A stretch of DNA of 64,000 bases. Source: an uncultured Pseudomonadota bacterium. Lineage in GTDB: Bacteria; Babelota; Babeliae; Babelales; Chromulinivoraceae. A program made the position numbers and the translations under genes. Where the stretch lies: NCBI GenBank assembly GCA_964400275.1, contig CAYNSS010000001.1:558839-622838 (forward strand). Direction: 5' to 3'. Below are positions 47,653 through 55,149 of the stretch, in pieces (within the stretch, counting starts at the first letter, position 1; the number at the start of each line of letters is the position of its first letter). Below the pieces are notes generated by a model. The model did no database searches and was not told the origin of the DNA. It was given only the letters and a program-made list of their open reading frames with translations.

Positions 47653-48504
47653 ATGAAGCAAAAGGGATTTTTCCACTATTCTATTCGTTTTTTTGTATTA
47701 TTATGTTTAACGATGATCTCTGAATTATTTGGATCTGATGTTGTTACAATTGCTATCTTGGCTAAAGATAAGGCGCATACTCTTCCTTTATATTTAAAAT
47801 GCATTGAGCATCAAACGTGGCCTAAAAAGCAAACTAATTTATATATTCGCACTAATAATAATAATGATAATACGACAGAAATACTTAAAAAATGGGTAGA
47901 AGATATTGGGCATCAATATGCAGAAATTTATTTTGATGATACAGATGTACCACAGCAAATTCAACAATATGGTCAGCATGAATGGAATTGCGAACGATTT
48001 AAAATTTTAGGAAAAATTCGTCAGGATTCAATAACTTGGGCATATGAACATAGTTCACATTATTTTGTGGTAGATTGTGATAATTTTATTAAGCCAAATA
48101 CAATCGAATCATTATTGAAAGTCAATTTGCCAATAGTTGCTCCCTTTATTATTATTTCTGGAATGTACTATGCAAATTATCATGCTGCAGTAGATAATAA
48201 TGGGTATCTTAAAGAGTCGCCTATTTATACATTGCTTTATGATCAATCAGTTAAAGGACTTGTTCAAGTTCCCGTTGTGCATTGTTGTTATTTTATTCGG
48301 AATGAATACTTGCCTTATATGTCTTATGATGATGAAAGTTATCGTTATGAATATGTTATTTTTAGTGATGTCGCTCGTAAAAATAATATTCCACAATATT
48401 TAGATAATCGAGAACTTTATGGGTATATAACCTTTGCAGAAAACATAGAGGATTTTCAAAAAAGTTGGTGGATTTCAATAGTTAATGCTTGGTTTTCAAA
48501 TTAA
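47653..48504 (+). CDS. secreted GT-A glycosyltransferase resembling the N-terminal domain of eukaryotic collagen galactosyltransferases (COLGALT/GLT25D)
   Basis: IAILAKDKAHTLPLYLKCIEHQTWPKK...LYIRTNNNNDNT, YFVVDCDNFIKPNT (DxD), LPIVAPF, VPVVHCCYFIR. Matched from memory to COLGALT1 blocks LARNAAHxLP...ATDHNxDNT, FVDADN, VVAPML, VPMVHSTFLI. Confidence 0.55.
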   Translation: MKQKGFFHYSIRFFVLLCLTMISELFGSDVVTIAILAKDKAHTLPLYLKCIEHQTWPKKQTNLYIRTNNNNDNTTEILKKWVEDIGHQYAEIYFDDTDVPQQIQQYGQHEWNCERFKILGKIRQDSITWAYEHSSHYFVVDCDNFIKPNTIESLLKVNLPIVAPFIIISGMYYANYHAAVDNNGYLKESPIYTLLYDQSVKGLVQVPVVHCCYFIRNEYLPYMSYDDESYRYEYVIFSDVARKNNIPQYLDNRELYGYITFAENIEDFQKSWWISIVNAWFSN

Positions 48505-48520
48505 ATAAAGTAATTGAGTA

Positions 48521-48976
48521 GTGTTTATGGTTGTTTTAGCAAAATTATATAAAAAGTATTTTTTTATAGTAATGATTCTTGTTTCTCAAATTTCCCTGTC
48601 GAATAATTCTTATTTTTATCATGTAACTGAAGAAAATTTTAAAAAAGAAGTTGAACAATCAGAATTACCAGTTTTTGTACAACTTTTTGCGATATGGTGT
48701 CCTAATTGCAAGCACCTTGCTTTTCTGATAACAGAAATTTTAAATGAGTTTAAGGAGCGTTGTGTTTTTGGATCTATTGATATCGATAAAAATCAAATTT
48801 TTTTACAAGATTTATTACAAGATATTTTTCAAAAACATTTCCATATACTGAGTGGTTTTCCTTCGGTACTTGTTTTTCATAAGGGAGTTTTTAAAGGATC
48901 TTTTCTAGGTTTTTTTGAAAATAAACAAGATTTATCAAAAAAGGTTACTGAGACTCTTGTAAGTCTTGGATGTTAA
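48521..48976 (+). CDS. thioredoxin-fold protein with N-terminal signal/anchor
   Basis: FAIWCPNCK CxxC motif in a thioredoxin-like context. Hydrophobic N-terminus. Start could be GTG 48521 or ATG 48527. Confidence 0.65.
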   Translation: MFMVVLAKLYKKYFFIVMILVSQISLSNNSYFYHVTEENFKKEVEQSELPVFVQLFAIWCPNCKHLAFLITEILNEFKERCVFGSIDIDKNQIFLQDLLQDIFQKHFHILSGFPSVLVFHKGVFKGSFLGFFENKQDLSKKVTETLVSLGC

Positions 48977-48977
48977 T

Positions 48978-49014
48978 AAAAAAGAGCAGAGTTAAAAACT
49001 TTGCTCTTTTTTTA
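48978..49014. terminator. bidirectional terminator between convergent genes
   Basis: aaagagca / tgctcttt stem flanked by an A-run and a T-run. Confidence 0.6.
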
Positions 49015-49026
49015 TTTGCTTAAAAT

Positions 49027-49497
49027 CTATGAATTTAATAATCCAGCAACAATGAAAACTATTCCCATACCAATTAATAAATCACTGGCAGCTTTTGGAT
49101 TATATTTTAAATGTGGATAGCGTTCATAGATGGCATCTTGTAATTCTCGTTCTGCTTGAATAATTACATATCTTGATTCGTTGCGATATTTTAATCGAGC
49201 AAGTTTAGCTTTTAATTTTGCAATGCGTGCTTCTTGGTATGCAATCTCGGCTTCTTTTTCTTTTTGATAGACATTGTAAGAGCTTGAATAATATGAGCTA
49301 TTGTATGTAGGGTTATAGTAATATCTATCATGATAATCATGGTAGCTGTAATCGTAATCATAGTCATCATAATCATCATAATCATAGGTGGTATCGTCAA
49401 GGTCATTATAATGATAAGAAAAACGAACATTGAAATCAGTGTTAGTTATACTAGAAATTGTCAGCAAAAATAATGCTATTAATGATAAATTTTTCAT
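49027..49497 (-). CDS. secreted, C-terminally anchored protein with an Asp/Tyr-rich low-complexity region
   Basis: Signal peptide. YHYNDLDDTTYDYDDYDDYDYDYSYHDYHDRYYYNPTYNSSYYSSSYNVY. Coiled-coil-like KEKEAEIAYQEARIAKLKAKLARLK. C-terminal TM LLIGMGIVFIVAGLL. Confidence 0.6.
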   Translation of the reverse strand: MKNLSLIALFLLTISSITNTDFNVRFSYHYNDLDDTTYDYDDYDDYDYDYSYHDYHDRYYYNPTYNSSYYSSSYNVYQKEKEAEIAYQEARIAKLKAKLARLKYRNESRYVIIQAERELQDAIYERYPHLKYNPKAASDLLIGMGIVFIVAGLLNS

Positions 49498-49509
49498 TTT
49501 TATATCCTT

Positions 49510-49530
49510 GGATTCTTTATATAAGAATCT
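49510..49530. promoter_or_regulatory. recurring palindrome GGATTCTTTATATAAGAATCT
   Basis: 13-33 nt upstream of the start of 49027..49497 (-). Confidence 0.55.
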
Positions 49531-49664
49531 ATTTATAGGGTTGCTTGAAAAATATCTTTATCTTATTTTTAGGGTATCAAAGAATATTAATTTGGCAAAT
49601 TTGAACTTTTGTGGATTGTATTTCTAGTGTATTTTTTTGTATTAAATTAAAGTTTGTTATTAAG

Positions 49665-49697
49665 AAAAAAGCCTGCATTTTAGAGCAGGCTTTTTTT
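49665..49697. terminator. bidirectional terminator (serves the cysK-like gene on the minus strand)
   Basis: aaaaaagcctgc / gcaggctttttt stem with flanking A and T runs. Confidence 0.75.
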
Positions 49698-49757
49698 ATT
49701 ATTCGTAGGAATCTTAGAAATAACTTAGTTTATGTGAAATTATTCCTTGTTGTTGTA

Positions 49758-50678
49758 TTATTCGTAAAAACCTTTAGAGAGGTATGCTCGTCCTGAGTCT
49801 CCAAAGATAGCAACAGCTATATCGCCATCTCGTAAATTTTGACCATAGACGCTTGCGGCATAACCAACAGCTCCACTGCTTGGTCCAACTAAAAATCCGT
49901 GATTGTGGGCTAAATTTTTCATCATGCCGATACCTTGATCATCCGTAACTTCAATAAATTCATCGATGACTGAATTATCAAGCACTATTGATTCTGAGTC
50001 AACACCTAAGCCTTCAAGTTTGTAAGGTTTAGGATTTCCTTTTGTTGAACGATATGAGTTTGCACAATCAACACCAATAACTTTAATGTTAGGATTCATT
50101 TCTTTTAAAAATTTTCCAGCACCGCTAACGGTACCACCAGTTCCTGCAGCAGCTATGAAGTGAGTTATTTTGCCTTCTGTTTGTTTCCAGATCTCTGGTC
50201 CAAGTAATTTGTAGTGAGCTTCTGCATTAAGTGGATTACAATATTGATTAGGCATGTAAGAATTAGGAGTATTTTTTTGCAAGAGAACAGCCTGTGAATG
50301 GTAGCTATTTGGATCTTCGAGTCTGTCTGTGCCGGGAAATGTCAGAGCTGTTGCGCCATATGCTTTGATAGTATTAACTTTTTCTTTGCTATGTTTTTCT
50401 GTTGAACAGATAATAACTTTATATCCTTTAATTGCTCCAATCATAGCAAGAGCTACGCCATGATTACCAGATGAAGCATCAATGATAGTCATTCCTGGTT
50501 TTAGTAGGCCTTGTTTTTCTGCCCATTCAACCATATACAATGCTGATCGATCTTTAATACTTCCTCCAGGATTTAAGTATTCTAGTTTTGCATAGGTTGA
50601 TCCTGGATTATTTTCAAATATTTTTATGTTAGGAGTATTTCCTATAGCGTGAAGCAGGCTTTTTTTTAGTGTTTCCAT
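49758..50678 (-). CDS. cysK: PLP-dependent cysteine synthase / CBS-family enzyme
   Basis: LNPGGSIKDRSA (PLP lysine), SSGNHG, AAAGTGGTVSG. Confidence 0.8.
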   Translation of the reverse strand: METLKKSLLHAIGNTPNIKIFENNPGSTYAKLEYLNPGGSIKDRSALYMVEWAEKQGLLKPGMTIIDASSGNHGVALAMIGAIKGYKVIICSTEKHSKEKVNTIKAYGATALTFPGTDRLEDPNSYHSQAVLLQKNTPNSYMPNQYCNPLNAEAHYKLLGPEIWKQTEGKITHFIAAAGTGGTVSGAGKFLKEMNPNIKVIGVDCANSYRSTKGNPKPYKLEGLGVDSESIVLDNSVIDEFIEVTDDQGIGMMKNLAHNHGFLVGPSSGAVGYAASVYGQNLRDGDIAVAIFGDSGRAYLSKGFYE

Positions 50679-50700
50679 ATGTTGTTTCCTTTTGATCGTA

Positions 50701-51645
50701 TTAAAATAGAAGCATTACAATTGCAACCAAGAGTCCATAAATTGCAAATGAGTCAATCATTGCAAGAGCAAGAAGTGCAATTTTTGAAAGATTAGAATAT
50801 TGTTCAAGGTTTAATCCAATTTGTTTGCAGGCAGCAGCACCAGTTTTTCCAGCGTTAATACTTGTGGCAATGGTGCTTAGTCCCATACAAAGTGCAGCAC
50901 TGATAAATTTCCAGCCTTGTACTGGGGCATCAGGAATAATAGTTGCTGATAAAATCATTAAAGATATTAGTAATGCAAATATTGCAGGAGTTTCAATAAT
51001 TGCTTCACAGATAAATGTGAAGGAAATAATTTTATTAAATGCTTTTTTGTTAACACCTACGGCAGTACATGCTGCAGCAGCAAAAATACTAAGACCTATA
51101 GAGGGTCCGATTGATCCGATCCCAATACTTAGTCCGCTCGAAAAAAGTTGAAGAGCTTGATTAAGATTTTGAATATTAGGCATTTTGTTTTTGATCATTA
51201 AAGACACAAGCATTCCAAACATATTAGGTGTCATAATCAATGTTTGGACAATAAGCATCAAGTTTAAAAATTTAGTATACATAAATGGTTGATGCGTCAG
51301 GCTATGACACATTTTAGCAGCAGGGATAGATGCTGCAATTCCAGCACAAAGACCAGAAATACCAAGTGCAATCATAATTCCTGCAATAGCAAGATCAGAA
51401 AAACTGGAATGTGTAATGGTATTTGTTTCATTGAGTAAAAGAATTGAAAGAACTAGTCCCATGATAGAAGCTGTTTCTACAATAGCCATACCAATAATAC
51501 ATAGCTTTGAAATCGAATTGGAAGCGGAAGGTTGTCGGTTTAAACTTTCCATGGCATTTTTTCCAATAATGCCTTGTCCAATGCTTGTGCCAATTGATGA
51601 AAGTATTGCAGGAATAGTTGAAAAAATAATATATAAAGTATTCAT
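50701..51645 (-). CDS. atpE: F-type ATP synthase c subunit, four hairpins fused in one 314-aa polypeptide
   Basis: Four ~80-aa repeats, each with a Gly/Ala-rich helix 1 and a helix 2 carrying the ion-site position: E57, Q134, E218, D298. Hairpin 1 keeps the RQP loop. Lies directly downstream of atpB. Confidence 0.8.
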   Translation of the reverse strand: MNTLYIIFSTIPAILSSIGTSIGQGIIGKNAMESLNRQPSASNSISKLCIIGMAIVETASIMGLVLSILLLNETNTITHSSFSDLAIAGIMIALGISGLCAGIAASIPAAKMCHSLTHQPFMYTKFLNLMLIVQTLIMTPNMFGMLVSLMIKNKMPNIQNLNQALQLFSSGLSIGIGSIGPSIGLSIFAAAACTAVGVNKKAFNKIISFTFICEAIIETPAIFALLISLMILSATIIPDAPVQGWKFISAALCMGLSTIATSINAGKTGAAACKQIGLNLEQYSNLSKIALLALAMIDSFAIYGLLVAIVMLLF

Positions 51646-51651
51646 AGTTTT

Positions 51652-52425
51652 TTATGATTGAGCTATTGATTTTTCTTTTTCTTCTTTTTCTTCTGACTCA
51701 TCTTCTGGAGCAACTTCCATTGATAAATAGGTTAATGTTAGCATCGTAAATACAAAAGCCTGAATAAGACCTTCGGCAAATCCAAATATTAAAAGTATTA
51801 TAAAGTTTGCACCAGTTATAAGACCTAATGTTTGACTGATTGCTGATCCTGAAATAGCACTTGAGTATAGAGAACTAATAATAAATCCACCAAAAATATT
51901 TCCAAAAAGACGAAATGATAAAGATATTATAGATGAAATTGCACCTATAACATGTAGTGGAAACATTAAAAAGAATGGTTCAAAATAATGTTTGATATAA
52001 TGCCATAATCCATTGGTTCTAATTGAAGTTCCATGAACAAATAAAAATGAAATTAGTCCTAAAGCAAGTGTCGTGTTTAAATCCTTAGTAGGTTCTTCCA
52101 GCCATGGAATAAATTGGATGGTATTGCACATCAAAATGAAGGTAAAAATAGATCCAATCATAGCAAGATTTGCAATAGAGCAAACTTTAAGTGATTGTTG
52201 AATTAAATCGCGAAAAGATTGAACGTATTGAAGCACAATAAATCGAACTAGGCTAGAATCATTTTTAAGGCAGCGGGAAATATACCAAGAGCTTATAAAA
52301 ATAATTCCAAGAATTACCCAAGTGCTGATGAGAGTATCAGCTTGTAAGTTCCAAAATTTGTGAGTGAAACCTAATGATTCAAATGGTTTCCAATTATGTT
52401 CATGTGTCATACCTTGGTTATGCAT
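51652..52425 (-). CDS. atpB: F-type ATP synthase a subunit
   Basis: LSFRLFGNIFGG with the essential stator Arg. 5-6 TM helices. Acidic C-terminal tail EDESEEKEEKEK. Confidence 0.88.
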   Translation of the reverse strand: MHNQGMTHEHNWKPFESLGFTHKFWNLQADTLISTWVILGIIFISSWYISRCLKNDSSLVRFIVLQYVQSFRDLIQQSLKVCSIANLAMIGSIFTFILMCNTIQFIPWLEEPTKDLNTTLALGLISFLFVHGTSIRTNGLWHYIKHYFEPFFLMFPLHVIGAISSIISLSFRLFGNIFGGFIISSLYSSAISGSAISQTLGLITGANFIILLIFGFAEGLIQAFVFTMLTLTYLSMEVAPEDESEEKEEKEKSIAQS

Positions 52426-52442
52426 CGAAATCTCTTTTTGAA

Positions 52443-52694
52443 TTAGTTTTTATACGTTACAATTGCAATCGTGCTTAGGTATGATGATACAAATAAAGTC
52501 ATCAGAAGTATAGGGTTGATTGTAATAAATTTTATAATATAGAAAAAAACGCATATAAGAAGTAAGAATCTTAATCCATTAAATAAGAAATCAAGAAAAA
52601 TATTATGATTCATTAAAAGATATTTTTTTCCCGTGATAAAGAGCGCTGCGTATAAGATTCCTAAAAAAATTATACTGAGTATCGAAATAAACAT
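52443..52694 (-). CDS. small membrane protein in the AtpI/AtpZ position
   Basis: 83 aa with 2-3 TM helices, immediately upstream of atpB. Call rests on position only. Confidence 0.4.
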   Translation of the reverse strand: MFISILSIIFLGILYAALFITGKKYLLMNHNIFLDFLFNGLRFLLLICVFFYIIKFITINPILLMTLFVSSYLSTIAIVTYKN

Positions 52695-52721
52695 AAAACA
52701 ACTTATTTTTTTTGATTTAAG

Positions 52722-52741
52722 AGATTCTTTTTTAAGAATCC
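52722..52741. promoter_or_regulatory. recurring palindrome AGATTCTTTTTTAAGAATCC
   Basis: 28-47 nt upstream of the start of the atp mini-operon (52694). Identical 20-mer to 31735..31754. Confidence 0.6.
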
Positions 52742-53012
52742 AATATAAATAAAGATTACCCTGTATTAGGGTATAGCTATCTTAATAAAAAATCAATTTA
52801 AAGGTTTTAGCAGAAGCTATTCAAGTTAGATTCGTTGATGAATAGATATTGTCAGATTTACTTAGATAATACTTCTAGCTTAAAAGATATATCATGAAAA
52901 TAACGGTTAATATTGACTTGATGATATCTATTGTTTAAAACCATTGATTTTAATTATGTAAAACTATTACTTTAAGTATTAATAATTGGATCTTATTTAA
53001 AAAGGGGGAATT

Positions 53013-53663
53013 GTGAGGTTGATTAACTTACTAAGTTATGTTTTTTTAATAGTTTTTACACAAATCGTTATTGCTGATCCTGTAGTACAACGAGTATGTA
53101 ATGATACGGACTTTGGATTTTATATTTTATATCATGGAGATAGTTCTGAATGTTCTCTTCATAATAAATCTATTATTATTCATCCTAAAACTATTTTTTC
53201 TCATGAATTTTTACTTGAAGTTGGAAATAAGGGTTTGGTTTTGCGTCCAGTTTTTTATAAAGATCCTAAAACAGGACATATTTATTGGTTTGTAGATCAA
53301 GAAACGTATGAGTATAAACCAGAGTTAATAAAAAAAACATATGAAGTTTGGAAAGATCAAAATGCTCTTCGTAAGTATCGAGAGAATTTTCAAGGTTGGT
53401 TTGATTATTGGGTTGGACAGGATGTATCAGTTACTTTTGATCCTCTTGAAATATTTGGGTATCTGTTGAATTTATCACGGATTAGAATTAAAAATTTTAG
53501 ACATGATCATGTACAATGGCTGAGTTTTGCCAAAGGAATTTTTTCAAAATTAGTGCTTAATCTTCATTTGACAACGGTAACGCGTAAAGGAATTATGGCA
53601 AAAATTATAGTCAATCATGGCCAAGGGGCTATTTGCAGTAATGGAATTGTTGAAAGAATATGA
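53013..53663 (+). CDS. hypothetical secreted protein
   Basis: 216-aa ORF. GTG start after GGGGGAA. Signal-like N-terminus LINLLSYVFLIVFTQIVIA. Confidence 0.5.
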   Translation: MRLINLLSYVFLIVFTQIVIADPVVQRVCNDTDFGFYILYHGDSSECSLHNKSIIIHPKTIFSHEFLLEVGNKGLVLRPVFYKDPKTGHIYWFVDQETYEYKPELIKKTYEVWKDQNALRKYRENFQGWFDYWVGQDVSVTFDPLEIFGYLLNLSRIRIKNFRHDHVQWLSFAKGIFSKLVLNLHLTTVTRKGIMAKIIVNHGQGAICSNGIVERI

Positions 53664-53668
53664 ATTTA

Positions 53669-54310
53669 TTAATACATCAAGAAATTTATGATTTCCTTAT
53701 TAAAAATCATAAAGACTAAAGATCCGAGAGCTAAAAATGGTCCAAATGGGATTAAGGAGATAGTTTTTTTGTTTAAAAGTATGTATAGCAAGCAGCTTAT
53801 TACTCCAATTGTTGATCCAATTAAAATGGTAAACCATGCACCGATAAATCCAAGCCATGCTGCAATGCAGAACATGAGGTCAATATCACCTTGCCCTAAT
53901 CCATCATAGCCTTTTATTTTTTTAAAAATACAGTTAATCGTAATTAAACTGCTTCCTACAAAAATACTAGCAAATAAACTTTCTAGTAGGGTTGCTGGTA
54001 ATAATTCATAGTAGTTTGCTAAAACTCCGAATGGAACTAGGTATAAAGTTACAAAGCGAGATATGAGCATATGTTTTAAATCAGTAAAAATAGTAATCCA
54101 TAATGCTGATGCCAGAATAAAAAATAGAGGGTACTCTTGCAAATTTGTAAGCCATAAGCTTAAAAAGCTAAAAGCACATGCAATATGTAAAATTAGTTGT
54201 AATGGAGAAATAGAAGAAAAATTAAATTTGCTGTGGATAAAAAATTCAGCGATGTAGTATAAAATATGAGACCAAATAAAAAACAGGGAGAATAACAAAA
54301 TAAGCAACAT
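53669..54310 (-). CDS. A24-family prepilin peptidase (short form)
   Basis: FTDLKHMLIS (first catalytic Asp), GLGQGDIDLM (second Asp), IPFGPFLALG. About 6 TM helices. No N-terminal Cys-rich methyltransferase segment. Confidence 0.7.
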   Translation of the reverse strand: MLLILLFSLFFIWSHILYYIAEFFIHSKFNFSSISPLQLILHIACAFSFLSLWLTNLQEYPLFFILASALWITIFTDLKHMLISRFVTLYLVPFGVLANYYELLPATLLESLFASIFVGSSLITINCIFKKIKGYDGLGQGDIDLMFCIAAWLGFIGAWFTILIGSTIGVISCLLYILLNKKTISLIPFGPFLALGSLVFMIFNKEIINFLMY

Positions 54311-54330
54311 GGATTTAAAATATTTTGAAA

Positions 54331-54708
54331 TTATGAATTTTTAGAAAAATCTTTTTTGACTTTGTCCAGAATTGTTTCAATCCGTTGTTGTTTTTCAAAT
54401 TGATGATCATAAGCAAATACAAGCTCAGGAGTGTAACGACCATCAAGGGTCATAGCGATTGCTTTGCGCAAGGATGGTTTGTATAAAATGAGATGATGTT
54501 TTTTAGCTTCAAAAGTTTCAGGGCCCTGTGGATCGTAGAAATATACGATACAAGCGCCCTTATTTTTTGAAAGTTCTACACGATTAATGAATAATCCAAC
54601 AAGTTCTTTATCATCAAGCATGATCTCATGAATTAATTTTGATAATTCTTTTAAAAGAAGTGATTCTTTTTGAGAGCGCTTGATGTTTGAAAGATTAGAT
54701 GGGTTCAT
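54331..54708 (-). CDS. rbfA: ribosome-binding factor A
   Basis: 125 aa. R..K...LL.KELSKLI and ...INRVELSKNKGACIVYF pattern typical of RbfA. Confidence 0.6.
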   Translation of the reverse strand: MNPSNLSNIKRSQKESLLLKELSKLIHEIMLDDKELVGLFINRVELSKNKGACIVYFYDPQGPETFEAKKHHLILYKPSLRKAIAMTLDGRYTPELVFAYDHQFEKQQRIETILDKVKKDFSKNS

Positions 54709-54751
54709 TATTCAGTTAAACTCGAGTTTTGATTTATAGCTATGCTGGCTT

Positions 54752-54973
54752 TTACTTTTTAATTAAAAGTTCACCGCGACTTGCAAGTAACATAAGATTT
54801 TGTTTAATTGCACGAATTAAACGTTTACGTTTCTTTTGAGTTGGTGATTCAAAGTATACAATACGTTTCATATCGCGTACGATGCCTTCACGTTCAATCT
54901 TTTTTTTAAGTTGACGGAGTGCACGGTCGATATTGCTAGTAACTTGAACTTTGATATTTGCCTTTTTAGACAT
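54752..54973 (-). CDS. rpsU: 30S ribosomal protein bS21
   Basis: 73 aa, basic. IDRALRQLKKKIEREGIVRDMKRIVYFESPTQKKRK. Confidence 0.9.
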   Translation of the reverse strand: MSKKANIKVQVTSNIDRALRQLKKKIEREGIVRDMKRIVYFESPTQKKRKRLIRAIKQNLMLLASRGELLIKK

Positions 54974-55095
54974 ATAAAACAGCCGCCTTACGAATAGGTA
55001 ACGGGGTTAAACATACATATTTTAAGAATACGGATTTTAATGGAAATGTCTAGTTTTCTCGTTTTGATCACGTTTAAATTGAGCTATTTTGATTA

Positions 55096-55128
55096 AAAGA
55101 GGCTATAGATAATACTATAGCCTCTTTT
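55096..55128. terminator. terminator hairpin downstream of the 55150..56889 gene
   Basis: 14-bp stem aaaagaggctatag / ctatagcctctttt. Confidence 0.7.
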
Positions 55129-55149
55129 GTAATTTGTTTACAAATCTTT

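Noticed and set aside
35188-49796. Further short track ORFs in intergenic or overlapping positions (35188..35373, 35377..35571, 36506..36884, 38573..38930, 39679..39936, 40616..40798, 43743..43979, 45607..45801, 46976..47158, 48200..48403, 49212..49430, 49430..49796)
   Set aside because: They overlap better-supported genes, or they span promoter and terminator DNA (49430..49796 covers the palindrome and a terminator). There are no supporting signals.
50825-51661. Plus-strand ORFs 50825..51151 and 51416..51661
   Set aside because: They are antisense to the fused c-subunit gene. The Ala/Gly/Ile-rich translation is the mirror of a Gly/Ala-rich TM protein. They have no start context and no independent evidence.
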